Below are positions 19,433 through 28,412 of a DNA stretch of 64,000 nucleotides, piece after piece. The notes under the pieces are model-generated. The model did no database searches, was not told the DNA's origin, and worked only from the letters and a program-made list of their open reading frames with translations. This stretch comes from a virus (Duplodnaviria; Caudoviricetes). Every line of letters starts with the position of its first letter. Positions within the stretch are counted from its first letter, which is position 1. The stretch spans positions 9,507 to 73,506 of IMG/VR virus record IMGVR_UViG_3300033068_000713; one strand, given 5' to 3'. The translations under genes and the position numbers were made by a program.

Positions 19433-19717
19433 ATGAAATATGATATTGATTACTTTATAGCCAAGTTTGAGGGTATTCCCGAAGACAAATGGTGTACCGG
19501 AGATTACGAAGATTCTCATGGAAGGCATTGCGCATTGGGCCATTGCGGAGGTTCTTTGTTTTCAGCCAGAACTAAAGAGGAGGAATCTTTATTTTCTATT
19601 TTAGGAAAAGTTGGAATGATTAATGACGGTAAAATTGGATATGATCAATTTGGAGATCACCCAAAAAAGAGAATCCTATCTGCCTTATCTAAAGCTAAAG
19701 AAGGAACCTTAAATTGA
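19433..19717 (+). CDS. hypothetical protein resembling 12947-13240
   Basis: FI.KFE.IPEDKWC.G.Y....G.HCALGHCG...IND; start refined. Confidence 0.6.
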   Translation: MKYDIDYFIAKFEGIPEDKWCTGDYEDSHGRHCALGHCGGSLFSARTKEEESLFSILGKVGMINDGKIGYDQFGDHPKKRILSALSKAKEGTLN

Positions 19718-19723
19718 GTCAGT

Positions 19724-19900
19724 ATGACCAAAGACCGCTACAAAGAACTAATGGACTCCGAAGCGATCCTCCTGACAGACGAGGAGATCGACCAGGGTTG
19801 GCACTTTTGCGCTGACTGGGATGGGCTTTTGATTGGGCCTGAGATGGAGGAGCAGAAAACTTGCACCTGTTTGCTTTCCGATGCGCAAGAGTCCGCTTAA
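19724..19900 (+). CDS. hypothetical protein
   Basis: 58 aa, my translation MTKDRYKELM...GWHFCADWDGLLIGP. Confidence 0.55.
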   Translation: MTKDRYKELMDSEAILLTDEEIDQGWHFCADWDGLLIGPEMEEQKTCTCLLSDAQESA

Positions 19901-20261
19901 AAGAAAGACGCAGCTCAAGCGTTCCTCCAAGACCCTTCGCAAGAAGAGGATCAACCCGGTTAGCGCCGATAAGGGGAAGTGGCTGAAGTTGTATCGGGAG
20001 ATGCGAGCAAAAGACCCGACTCAGCTAGAGGCTCATCACCCGTTCGCCCGAAAAAAGGAGGCTTTACTTGCCTATGTTTTAGTATCGCGAGAGAAACACC
20101 GCGAAATCCATGATAACGGCAAGGAGGCATACGCTCAAGGTTGGCTTCAAGGCCCGTATTATGGATGGCCGATTGATCCAAATCATCCTCGGCCCTGGAG
20201 CGTACATGAAGAATTTAGATGGAGTGAAAAATACAAGCGAACGCGAAAGGAAACAGAATGA
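19881..20261 (+). CDS. HNH-like/NinG-like protein
   Basis: basic N-terminus MRKSPLKRKT.LKR, then EAHHPFAR...H..IH. Confidence 0.55.
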   Translation: MRKSPLKRKTQLKRSSKTLRKKRINPVSADKGKWLKLYREMRAKDPTQLEAHHPFARKKEALLAYVLVSREKHREIHDNGKEAYAQGWLQGPYYGWPIDPNHPRPWSVHEEFRWSEKYKRTRKETE

Positions 20262-20530
20262 CCTACCAAGACCAAGTAAACGACATGCTGAAAGAAGCGG
20301 CCAAAAGCATCCTTGCGCAGCGCCCTTTAAAGCCTCACCCTCTCCAATCCGAATTCGACGCCGCGATCTTCCACGCAGGATACGGCTTAACTGAACGTGA
20401 GTACGCTATCGCCAAGGACTTCTTCGCCTCTGGAAAGCTCGGTCGCCCCTGTATATGGGGTGAGTATGAGCGGGAGGTTGCGAAGGATTACGCAGAGCTT
20501 GACGTTCAATCAACAGTTATTGAGCTATGA
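20258..20530 (+). CDS. hypothetical protein
   Basis: coupled ORF. Confidence 0.6.
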   Translation: MTYQDQVNDMLKEAAKSILAQRPLKPHPLQSEFDAAIFHAGYGLTEREYAIAKDFFASGKLGRPCIWGEYEREVAKDYAELDVQSTVIEL

Positions 20531-20817
20531 GAGACTTCGCCACTATCCACATCATCATAGAGTTCCCGTACGGAGAGAAAACTCTTCGACAGTCTATTCC
20601 CATTACGCGGGATGCCTTCGCCCCGTTTCGCAGGCTCCCCCGTGACCGCGAATTACCTTTTGGTGAGTCTGGAAGAGAACAGGAATTGTTTCGCCTTCAG
20701 ACCGCTGCGCTTCTCGGGAAACAGCTTGCCGAAGGAATCTTGAAAACCGTTCAGTCGGACGATACAGTTATGGGATATGAGCCTAAAGAATGGAAGGAAA
20801 TACACAGAGAATTATGA
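20527..20817 (+). CDS. hypothetical protein
   Basis: coupled ORF. Confidence 0.6.
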   Translation: MRDFATIHIIIEFPYGEKTLRQSIPITRDAFAPFRRLPRDRELPFGESGREQELFRLQTAALLGKQLAEGILKTVQSDDTVMGYEPKEWKEIHREL

Positions 20818-21068
20818 ACAGAGGAATGATGGTGGAGACATTTTACAAGCGAATGGAGGAGCAGCATCCCGTTCCACGGATGACAGACGATCAGGTTGCC
20901 ATAATGAATCACGCTCTCGGTCATCCAAAAGATGCAGATTATCGGCCTTATTGCCTCGGAAAGGGCTGCAAGCAGATGCCTCGCATGTATCGAATCCTGG
21001 ACGGTTTTAAATGCTGGTCTTGCCAGAATGAGATCGGATTTGATTTGAGCAGGATTGCCGATAGTTGA
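20814..21068 (+). CDS. Cys-containing hypothetical protein
   Basis: YRPYC...C..MPRM......FKCWSC; start refined. Confidence 0.6.
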   Translation: MNRGMMVETFYKRMEEQHPVPRMTDDQVAIMNHALGHPKDADYRPYCLGKGCKQMPRMYRILDGFKCWSCQNEIGFDLSRIADS

Positions 21069-21109
21069 CAACTCGTGAACCATGTTGCACGGTATAAGGG
21101 AGGAAAGAA

Positions 21110-21463
21110 ATGAAACTAGCCATTATTGGATCAAGAGAATTCCAGGATCGTCCTTTGATGATCGAAACCCTCACCGATTGGATTCGTGAGAACGGGAAAC
21201 CAACCCACATCGTCTCAGGCGGAGCCCAAGGCGCAGACCGTATGGCCGCTTCCATTGCGGAGGACTTGGGAATCCCCGTGATTGAGCATCTGCCGGATTA
21301 CAAAACCCACGGCGGCAAGCAGGCTCCCCTTGAGCGGAATAAGCTCATCGTGGCTGATTGCGATGAAATGCTGGCGTTTCCATTGGCTTCAAGCCGGGGA
21401 TCATGGCACGCCATCAAGTTTGCTCAAAAGCAGGGAAAGCCTGTAAAAATCGTGGAGAGTTGA
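21110..21463 (+). CDS. SLOG-superfamily protein (YspA/DUF2493-like)
   Basis: AIIGSREF, IVSGGA.GAD, AP..RN..IV..CD..LAF....SRG..H. Confidence 0.85.
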   Translation: MKLAIIGSREFQDRPLMIETLTDWIRENGKPTHIVSGGAQGADRMAASIAEDLGIPVIEHLPDYKTHGGKQAPLERNKLIVADCDEMLAFPLASSRGSWHAIKFAQKQGKPVKIVES

Positions 21464-21472
21464 TATTTTCCA

Positions 21473-21500
21473 TTGCCATTACTTACAGTGGCGTTAGTCT
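21473..21500 (+). promoter_or_regulatory. sigma70-type promoter of replication operon
   Basis: TTGCCA-N16-TAGTCT. Confidence 0.65.
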
Positions 21501-21672
21501 CAAATCAACAAGCCCACGTTGGGGAACGAGGCTTGTGAAAACACAATGGCAAACCGTAAAAACATAAAACCGCCCGCTGGGTTGGGAGCTTTGAGTTCAA
21601 ATCGCACTTCGTCATTGGGTGCGACGCGATCCCCCTCGGAGTTTCCTACTCAGCGGGTTTTTTGTGCCCGTT

Positions 21673-22299
21673 ATGGATAGACTACCTTATAAGACTCTTC
21701 TCCAAGACCCTAGATGGCAAAAGCGGAGACTTGAAATTTTGGATGCCTACGACTTCCAGTGTTGCATTTGTGATGGAAGAGATGAGCAACTCCAAGTTCA
21801 CCATCTTTATTACGTATCCAATCGACTTCCCTGGGATTACCCAAATTTCGCGTTTGAATGCCTGTGCCAAACTCACCATGCGAATAGAAATGGCGGACCT
21901 CAAATGTATGAAAACTCCCGTATAGAAATATGGGAGAAAGTGGCGGATGTTTTCTTGGGTCTTGAGCCAAATCTGCCTAACGCTCAATTCTTTATGGCTC
22001 AAGCGATTGGAGAGCTTGAGAAAATGGATGTATCTATGGAGGCCATCATAGGATCAATGGCATACGGACTCTCTATGCTCTACAAGGATGTGTTTGGGCA
22101 ATGTGAGAGAACCACAGGGCCATGGTCTCGCTTTTATTGGTTCCCTGGAAAAAAGGATCGAGTCTTAATCCTCTCCGATAAAGTCCATTGCTTTATTTGT
22201 GGCGTTGTCCTCAAGCCTGAGGATGTGGGCGGGAGATTTGGAAAGAATCAACCTGTATGCGATTGCTGCTGCATGAAGCTAGAAAGGACCGAACCATGA
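21673..22299 (+). CDS. HNH-domain protein
   Basis: Y..LLQDPRWQKRRLEIL....F.C..C......LQVHHLYY...LC..HH. Confidence 0.75.
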   Translation: MDRLPYKTLLQDPRWQKRRLEILDAYDFQCCICDGRDEQLQVHHLYYVSNRLPWDYPNFAFECLCQTHHANRNGGPQMYENSRIEIWEKVADVFLGLEPNLPNAQFFMAQAIGELEKMDVSMEAIIGSMAYGLSMLYKDVFGQCERTTGPWSRFYWFPGKKDRVLILSDKVHCFICGVVLKPEDVGGRFGKNQPVCDCCCMKLERTEP

Positions 22300-23150
22300 G
22301 TAAATCCGACAAGTTGCCGTCTCTCCAGTGGTATCCTGGAGACTGGAAAAAGGATTCCGGCGTTCAGGCGCTTTCGTTCCATGATAGGGGCGTGTGGTTC
22401 GAGATGCTTATGTTGATGCACGAATCCGAGCAAAGAGGTAAATTGCTTCTCAATGGGAAACCTATGCCACCAGAGGGGCTGGCAAAAATCCTCGGTTTGG
22501 ATAACCAAAGTCTAACCACCACACTAACCACCTTATCAACCTACGGTGTTAGCTCGCTGTGTGAGGAGACTGGAGCGTTAATGTGTCGTCGCATGGTAAA
22601 TGACGAAAAATTGAGAATGATTCGCAAGAATTGCGGTAAATTGGGTGGAAACCCTAATTTGCTTAACCAAATATCCAACCAAACAGTAACCACTGGGGAT
22701 AACCAAACTTCAACCCCTTCATCTTCATCTTCATCTTCTATTAAGAAGAATGAAGAGAGTATTGATAAGAAGAAAAAAAGAAAGAGGTCAACTCCGCTTC
22801 CGCCAGACAACGATTGGCTTACAAGCCTGGAGACAAGTGGCATTTATCCTCCAGCGATCAATGTGCGATTTGAGTTCTCAAGGGCTAAGGAGTGGTATGC
22901 AGAAAACAGCGGAACGGAAGTGACAAGACTTCAATTCACAAATTGGCTCGGAAGAAATCTTAAACGATTACCGCCTAGCGCAAAGCCAACCGAATTGCAT
23001 TTTGCCAAATCGACTGGAGAGGATTGGGACATCCTCGGAGATTACAAGGCATCGATCCAGTCTTCTCAATGGGAAACCCGAAGAAATTTAGTTCTCAGTG
23101 GTGCGGTGGAACCTGAAACAGATGAGGAGAAGGCGTTACTATGCAGGTGA
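22296..23150 (+). CDS. phage replication initiator-like protein (YdaU/DUF1376-type N-terminus)
   Basis: P.LQWYPGDW..D..V..LS...RG.W..ML..M; S-rich linker; precedes helicase. Confidence 0.75.
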   Translation: MSKSDKLPSLQWYPGDWKKDSGVQALSFHDRGVWFEMLMLMHESEQRGKLLLNGKPMPPEGLAKILGLDNQSLTTTLTTLSTYGVSSLCEETGALMCRRMVNDEKLRMIRKNCGKLGGNPNLLNQISNQTVTTGDNQTSTPSSSSSSSIKKNEESIDKKKKRKRSTPLPPDNDWLTSLETSGIYPPAINVRFEFSRAKEWYAENSGTEVTRLQFTNWLGRNLKRLPPSAKPTELHFAKSTGEDWDILGDYKASIQSSQWETRRNLVLSGAVEPETDEEKALLCR

Positions 23151-24901
23151 GTGTCCGTGAAATCTCAAAGAGGCTCGCGGATCGCGTAGAGAGCGTTGTT
23201 CCGATGCTGCTTCCAGGAGGGAAGCCATCCAACGGAGATTGGGTTTGCGGGGACATTTCAGGGTCATCTGGTAAAAGCCTTAAGGTTCATCTAACAGGCG
23301 CTCATACCGGAGAGTGGCGAGACTGGTCCACGGACGAACATAAGGGCGATCTACTTGATCTTTGGAGGTTCACGAAAGGCATCACCCTTCCTGATGCCAT
23401 TGCGGAAGCGAAGGGGTTTCTCGGAATACACGATAACGTGGTTTATGAGAGCAAGAAGTTTGCTAGGCCGGACTCGTCACTGACAAAACCCATTACACCA
23501 GATGGTCGAGCCATGGCTTTCCTCAAGGAGGTAAGAAAACTCTCTGAGGAAACCATCGCGACCTTTAAGATTCAGGTTGCCACAAGGCGAAACGCAATCG
23601 CCTTTCCATGTTACTCGCCTAATGGGGAATTGCTAAATCGATCCTACCGTACGGTTCCAAAAAATGGAGAGCCGAAAGAGGTTTGGCAGGATGGAAAATG
23701 CGCCCCATGCCTTTTCGGTTGGCACGCTCTCCCAGAAAAGGCTTACTTAAGTCGTACAGTTTTAATTTCGGAGGGGCAAATTGATTGCATGACTTGGCAT
23801 CAATGGGGTATTCCAGCCCTTAGTCTCCCTAATGGGACTGGGAGCTCGTGGATCGAATTTGAGTGGGAGAACCTAGCGGCATTTGACCACATTTACCTCT
23901 CCTTCGACATGGATGGTGCTGGATCGGAGAATGTTTCAAAAATCATCGACCGTTTAGGTAAGCACCGATGCTTGAGGGTGGAGCTTCCGAGAAAGGACGC
24001 GAACGACTGTCTTTTGGCTGGATATGGGTCCGAGGACGCGGCGTTATGGGTGTCCAAGGCGAAGCCTCCTACCGTCTTCGGGGTCGTTATGGCGAAGGAT
24101 TTGCGATCCCGAGTACACGAAGAGATTCGATCCAAGACAGAACCTTTCACCGCTCCATTCTTTCGGGTTAGATGGCCTTATGAGGGGTTTTATCCTCACC
24201 CTGGGGATGTGACTGTTTGGTTGGGCCCAACTGGTCACGGAAAAACGACTTTCCTTAATTTTCTCACGCTTGGTAATATAGCCAGGGGGACTAGGAATTT
24301 TGTGGCTTCTATGGAGGTTACGCCGGAAAGAAATATTCGCAAAATGGCAACTGCTCTTTGTCGAGGTGAAATGAATGGCAAATTGGCGGATCAGTTCTTA
24401 GATGACGCTGGAGAGCTTCTAATCTTTGCGGACAAGGTTGGTTACATTGATCGCAAGGAGTTGATGGAAATGATGTGGTTCTCCTACCGCAGGCACGGTT
24501 GCGTCCACTACCTTATAGACTCACTTATGAGGGTTAGTGGGTTAGAGGAGGATTACCCGGCCCAAGGAGACTTTATGAATGAATTGCAGGCATTCGCGAA
24601 GAGCACTAAGACGTTCGTGAATCTAGTTTGCCATCCAAGAAAGCAGGCTGAGGGCCAACGCCCTGGGCAAATGGATGTGAAGGGGTCGAGTCTAATTGCT
24701 AATAATGCCGACAACATCGTTTCGATCACAAGGAATTTTGAGAAAGAAAAAAAGCGTAAAGAAGGAACCTTAACCCCAGAGCAAGACATGATGTATCACG
24801 ACGCCGAAATCCGAGTCGAGAAGCAACGAGAGGTCGGATGGACAGGAATGTTCCGGCTTCGATTTGACCCTAGAACTTTTAGTTATAAGAAAGTAGATTA
24901 A
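23141..24901 (+). CDS. primase-helicase (T7 gp4/Twinkle-like, TOPRIM plus SF4)
   Basis: SEGQIDC TOPRIM, FD.DGAG, KDAND, Walker A GPTGHGKT, LIDSL, HPRK, KGS. Confidence 0.9.
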   Translation: MQVSVREISKRLADRVESVVPMLLPGGKPSNGDWVCGDISGSSGKSLKVHLTGAHTGEWRDWSTDEHKGDLLDLWRFTKGITLPDAIAEAKGFLGIHDNVVYESKKFARPDSSLTKPITPDGRAMAFLKEVRKLSEETIATFKIQVATRRNAIAFPCYSPNGELLNRSYRTVPKNGEPKEVWQDGKCAPCLFGWHALPEKAYLSRTVLISEGQIDCMTWHQWGIPALSLPNGTGSSWIEFEWENLAAFDHIYLSFDMDGAGSENVSKIIDRLGKHRCLRVELPRKDANDCLLAGYGSEDAALWVSKAKPPTVFGVVMAKDLRSRVHEEIRSKTEPFTAPFFRVRWPYEGFYPHPGDVTVWLGPTGHGKTTFLNFLTLGNIARGTRNFVASMEVTPERNIRKMATALCRGEMNGKLADQFLDDAGELLIFADKVGYIDRKELMEMMWFSYRRHGCVHYLIDSLMRVSGLEEDYPAQGDFMNELQAFAKSTKTFVNLVCHPRKQAEGQRPGQMDVKGSSLIANNADNIVSITRNFEKEKKRKEGTLTPEQDMMYHDAEIRVEKQREVGWTGMFRLRFDPRTFSYKKVD

Positions 24902-24968
24902 CCCCCTCCGCGCCGAGGCCCAGAAGACCAAGGCGATTGCGTAAGAGAACCTGAATCGAAAGGAAGAT

Positions 24969-25223
24969 ATGAGCGAAGTTACCAAACGCAAAATCCACTT
25001 CATTATGGTTCTCCATCCTCTGAACGGGTGGGTTCGTGTGGGTAAGGCCTATAGCACGAGGGCGACCGCCCAAGAGTGGCGTCCGTTTGTTAGCAAGGCG
25101 TGGAGGGGATGCCGCACGAAGGTTGCGCAATTCACAGCCGTGTTTCGTGATGGGAAGTTGGACGAGAAATCCAAGAAGACGTTGGACCGGAAATTTAACA
25201 TGGATGCGCCCGATCCAGCATGA
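24969..25223 (+). CDS. hypothetical protein
   Basis: 84-aa ORF. Confidence 0.6.
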   Translation: MSEVTKRKIHFIMVLHPLNGWVRVGKAYSTRATAQEWRPFVSKAWRGCRTKVAQFTAVFRDGKLDEKSKKTLDRKFNMDAPDPA

Positions 25224-25426
25224 AAGCCCTCTTCTCCATCGAAGCCCCAGACGGCCAGCGCCACTACCTGACCGAGAAAGGCGACGAGATCACCCGCGAC
25301 GAAGCGATTGCCGAGGCGAAGGAGTTCTGGGATGCCGACGAGGAGCTAGAGCGCAGGGTGAAGCGGTGGAGTGTGAAGCACGATTGTTTGATTAGAGAAC
25401 CACGAACAGAAGGAATTGAGTTATGA
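25220..25426 (+). CDS. hypothetical protein
   Basis: coupled ORF. Confidence 0.6.
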   Translation: MKALFSIEAPDGQRHYLTEKGDEITRDEAIAEAKEFWDADEELERRVKRWSVKHDCLIREPRTEGIEL

Positions 25427-25689
25427 TGAAGGAACCGAAAGTTGGGGATCGAGTGTGGGCGATTGATCGGGGTAATAATCCGGTTTGCGCCACCATTGAG
25501 CGCAAATCCACATTCCGTGACTGCTGGCTGGTCGATCCTGACCACCGAAATCTGGACGATGAATACCTATTGCCAGAGGAAATGTTTCCCTCCGAACTGG
25601 ACTGCCTCAAAGAAATTCACGAGAAGGTCACAGCCAAAGCGCGGGAACTGCAACGGCGCATCGATAAACTCAAGGAGATCACCCCCTGA
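25423..25689 (+). CDS. hypothetical protein
   Basis: coupled ORF, SH3-like KVGDRVW start. Confidence 0.6.
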   Translation: MMKEPKVGDRVWAIDRGNNPVCATIERKSTFRDCWLVDPDHRNLDDEYLLPEEMFPSELDCLKEIHEKVTAKARELQRRIDKLKEITP

Positions 25690-25716
25690 CAGAACCGAGA
25701 ACGGAGGATTGAAGGA

Positions 25717-25959
25717 ATGAAGATTAAAAACATGAAGGGCAGCGACGCCGCTTTTGAGCGAACCAAGCTATTGATCGAGCAGTGGTCAGAACACCGGAAC
25801 GGATGCCTTGAGGAGTTGGCCTTTATCACCATGTCAGAAGGCCTTACCTTGGATCAAGGTTTGGATCGAATGGCTGAAATGGGGAAACTCACCGACTGGC
25901 CGCCGACTGACAGCGAGAAATCACCACCCGATGCTCCGCTCTGGGATGGTGTAACTTAG
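25717..25959 (+). CDS. hypothetical protein
   Basis: 80-aa ORF. Confidence 0.5.
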   Translation: MKIKNMKGSDAAFERTKLLIEQWSEHRNGCLEELAFITMSEGLTLDQGLDRMAEMGKLTDWPPTDSEKSPPDAPLWDGVT

Positions 25960-26825
25960 TTTGACACCGAGAAATTCACCGCAGTCTCTCCCGTAGGGGC
26001 TACGTTCGGGTATATCGTAAAAGACCCCGATCCCGCTACAACAGAAGCAGATTTCATCGTCGAGTCGTTTGTTGCTACGGTAGCCTGGATGATTGAATCA
26101 GCTGTTACAAAGCTGTTTGTCACCACCAGAGATGTTGCCAAAGCCGCAAAGTTAACCCGGCCCGTAAGAGCGTTAATGACTTGTGCCCCGGTTGTTCCAG
26201 GAGGGATGATTTCCTTGCTGAGGAAGAGATCGCTGACGACCTGGAGGTTGCCGTTGACGGAAAAGCTTCCGCCGATAAAAGCCAAGAGCCCTCCTGCGTA
26301 GTAGTACGCGTTCCCCGTGGCGTCAAAAGTCGCAATCGGGTCAGTTGTCCGATACAACCCATCTCCGTTCGCAACAGTATTCTTGAGCGAGACGACCAGA
26401 TCGGTAAAGGAGAGGCCTGTCGTGAAGACTGGGTTGATGGAAAAGACCGCCTTGGCTCCTGTCGAGAATCCAGTCTCGTCCGAAAGAGCGGCGGCTAACC
26501 CGGCAGAGTTCACCAAAGCCGTCTGGAAGAAGCTCAGGGCTCTACTAAGGGGGTTTCCGCTACCGTCAGTGCCCCAGACCGTTGAAGTGCCCGGAGAGAC
26601 GCTTAGAGCGCCTTTAAACGTCCATGTGGCGACTCCTGTCTTCTGATAGAACCAACCCTTTACAATGTCGAGGTAAGCCCCTCCGACTGCTCCTAAGCCC
26701 GAACTAGGCACTCCCGAGCCGAAGAGGATCGCGGTTCCTGCTGCGGTTCCGCCCGTGATAACGTCGATACTGACTTGCTCGGTAGCGGTGTTGACCGTTA
26801 GGACTACTTGTTCGTCGAGAGCCAT
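25956..26825 (-). CDS. tail fibre/decoration-type virion protein
   Basis: G.G.PSSGLG..G.AYLD...G..Y.K fibre motif; G/S/T-rich beta body. Confidence 0.7.
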   Translation of the reverse strand: MALDEQVVLTVNTATEQVSIDVITGGTAAGTAILFGSGVPSSGLGAVGGAYLDIVKGWFYQKTGVATWTFKGALSVSPGTSTVWGTDGSGNPLSRALSFFQTALVNSAGLAAALSDETGFSTGAKAVFSINPVFTTGLSFTDLVVSLKNTVANGDGLYRTTDPIATFDATGNAYYYAGGLLAFIGGSFSVNGNLQVVSDLFLSKEIIPPGTTGAQVINALTGRVNFAALATSLVVTNSFVTADSIIQATVATNDSTMKSASVVAGSGSFTIYPNVAPTGETAVNFSVSN

Positions 26826-26826
26826 A

Positions 26827-27198
26827 TTAGGAGTTGTTCCGGTAGGGAGTTCGGGTGACGGTTGAGGCTACATTAAGCTCGCCACGCATCCAGGTTTTTA
26901 CCGTATCGTCGGAGTCGGTCAGCTCCAAATCGGCAATCCAATCTCCCGGAGTTAATGCGTCCAGATTCCTCGGGGGAATGGTGAGGTTCCAGTTGGTGGC
27001 ATCGTTGATTGTAATGCCGTCGCTGTTGGTGAGCGTGACCTTTGGCTGAGATTCCGGCGTTTTGCGGAATTGCATTCGAGCCGTGACGACTGTGGTTGAT
27101 GGGGGTGAACCGTTTTTTGTGACAACGATAATCGGTACCCCATCCCACGTATTTCCCTGAACCAGTGTCCCCATGGGTAAAATCGCGGGCGAAGCCAT
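26827..27198 (-). CDS. BppU-like/baseplate-upper-type virion protein
   Basis: QG.TW, ARMQFR, L....GITI, W..DLELTD..G.V.T.M.G...V...VT. Confidence 0.65.
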   Translation of the reverse strand: MASPAILPMGTLVQGNTWDGVPIIVVTKNGSPPSTTVVTARMQFRKTPESQPKVTLTNSDGITINDATNWNLTIPPRNLDALTPGDWIADLELTDSDDTVKTWMRGELNVASTVTRTPYRNNS

Positions 27199-27205
27199 GC
27201 CGCTG

Positions 27206-27234
27206 ATATTAGAGCATGGAAATTATGGTGTCAA
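27206..27234 (-). promoter_or_regulatory. consensus sigma70 promoter, probably leaderless
   Basis: TTGACA-N17-TAATAT-N7-ATG(27198). Confidence 0.8.
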
Positions 27235-27261
27235 TCCATCCATTTTCCGTTCCACCAATCT

Positions 27262-27663
27262 TTGATGTCGGAAATTAGCAGGAGAAATCCGATGAATAAA
27301 AGGACTCCGATGAAAATTCGAAAAAAGGTTTCCATTTTAGAAGCGGCAGACTTTATCCGGTCTGCCAGCGGATTTTCGCTCGCCTACGAGTGTAACGGAT
27401 GGAAATCAAATGTCGCATCGGTGGGATTTTTACCCACAATCTTTCGATTTTCTGGGACACGCCGAATAGCTAAAATTCGGTCGAATAGCATTTCGTCCCG
27501 ATGTAATTTTTATTTTGAGCGGCCACATTTCCAGCAGGTTGCTCAGTCTCTGTTCGCGAAGAAGAAGGCGACTACGGAATCGAACCGTTTTCACTTTTTG
27601 AAGGCAGCATTGTCCATTATGCTAGATCGCTTCTTCAAATTAATCGACCCCTCCAAGTGTTAA
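27262..27663 (+). CDS. hypothetical basic protein (start uncertain)
   Basis: 133-aa ORF filling an otherwise empty gap. Confidence 0.45.
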   Translation: MMSEISRRNPMNKRTPMKIRKKVSILEAADFIRSASGFSLAYECNGWKSNVASVGFLPTIFRFSGTRRIAKIRSNSISSRCNFYFERPHFQQVAQSLFAKKKATTESNRFHFLKAALSIMLDRFFKLIDPSKC

Positions 27664-27726
27664 ATGCGGTAACAGTCAGACCTGTCGCAAGTTCTCCTTG
27701 CGCTCTAGGCTTGGTAGGGGTCAAAG

Positions 27727-27803
27727 TGGTGGCGACGGTAGGATTCGAACCTACAATCTCCCTCTACGTCTAAAGGGTCGGCAATCCTCTGCCATCGTTC
27801 GCC
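27727..27803 (-). tRNA. atypical tRNA/pseudo-tRNA, anticodon unassignable
   Basis: Encoded CCA, T arm GTAGG-TTCGAAT-CCTAC, D arm GGCA-GAGGAT-TGCC, bulged A in acceptor, 8-nt anticodon loop TAGACGTA. Confidence 0.7.
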
Positions 27804-27811
27804 AAAATGAA

Positions 27812-27939
27812 TTGAGAAGGCAGGGCTTGATACCTGCTCAGCGGTTCTCCCAATGCTGACCAAAACTGATTGTCCCTGTATTTCCGAAAATCTATTCGGC
27901 AGTCAATCAAGCTCGGGCTTCCATCAGCCTGCTTCTCAA
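27812..27939 (-). ncRNA. tRNA-like RNA with enlarged central domain (element B)
   Basis: TGAGAAG/CTTCTCA acceptor-like stem, GGCT-GATGGA-AGCC D-like arm, GCAGG-TATCAAGC-CCTGC T-like arm. Confidence 0.6.
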
Positions 27940-28125
27940 ATTGTGTTGTCTTATCGGAAGAATCACTCCAGCCCGTGGTCAGGTCGCTCACTTTCGCAAT
28001 GAGTTGAGGCTGAGTTGCACCTCCCTCTAAGCTCATATTGCTACCCCTTGCGCTACGCCAAAATAACGAAGTGCCCTCACTGCACGAACTGGTTTGAATC
28101 TTCCTTTTGCTGAGAAAGACTGAGT

Positions 28126-28279
28126 TGAGCGGGCGAGATTGGTTACTCGCATTTGCTAGGCAGAGTCGCTAAACCTAACTCCTACATTACGGTTCTACCC
28201 CGTACCGGCCTTGAAACCACCATGCGACAGGTAGCCATACTCCGGGTTCGGATGCACGTTCTGTCCGTGCTGCCGCTCA
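28126..28279 (-). ncRNA. tRNA-like RNA with enlarged central domain (element D)
   Basis: TGAGCGG/CCGCTCA stem, GCACG-GACAGAA-CGTGC D-like arm, GCGAG-TAACCAAT-CTCGC T-like arm. Confidence 0.6.
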
Positions 28280-28384
28280 TTTCAATCTTCCTCTCCCAAC
28301 TCTCGCTTGGGACTCCAAGTCAGCATACGGAGCATTACCGCTGGTGCTTTGGTTCGGACCGCAAATGAGGCGGACTATGTATTT

Positions 28385-28412
28385 AGTTTACAGATGAGGA
28401 CGGTTTTGGCAA
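28385..28412 (-). promoter_or_regulatory. promoter at head of ncRNA array
   Basis: TTGCCA-N16-TAAACT with TG directly upstream of the -10. Confidence 0.7.

Noticed and set aside
27661-27726. Theta/HDV-like ribozyme after the tRNA 3' end
   Set aside because: I could find only a single hairpin, not the nested double pseudoknot
28126-28279. Element D as tmRNA (contains an 18-codon ATG...TAG frame)
   Set aside because: No G3-U70, no CCA, has a paired D stem, and the peptide lacks a tag-like Ala-Ala end
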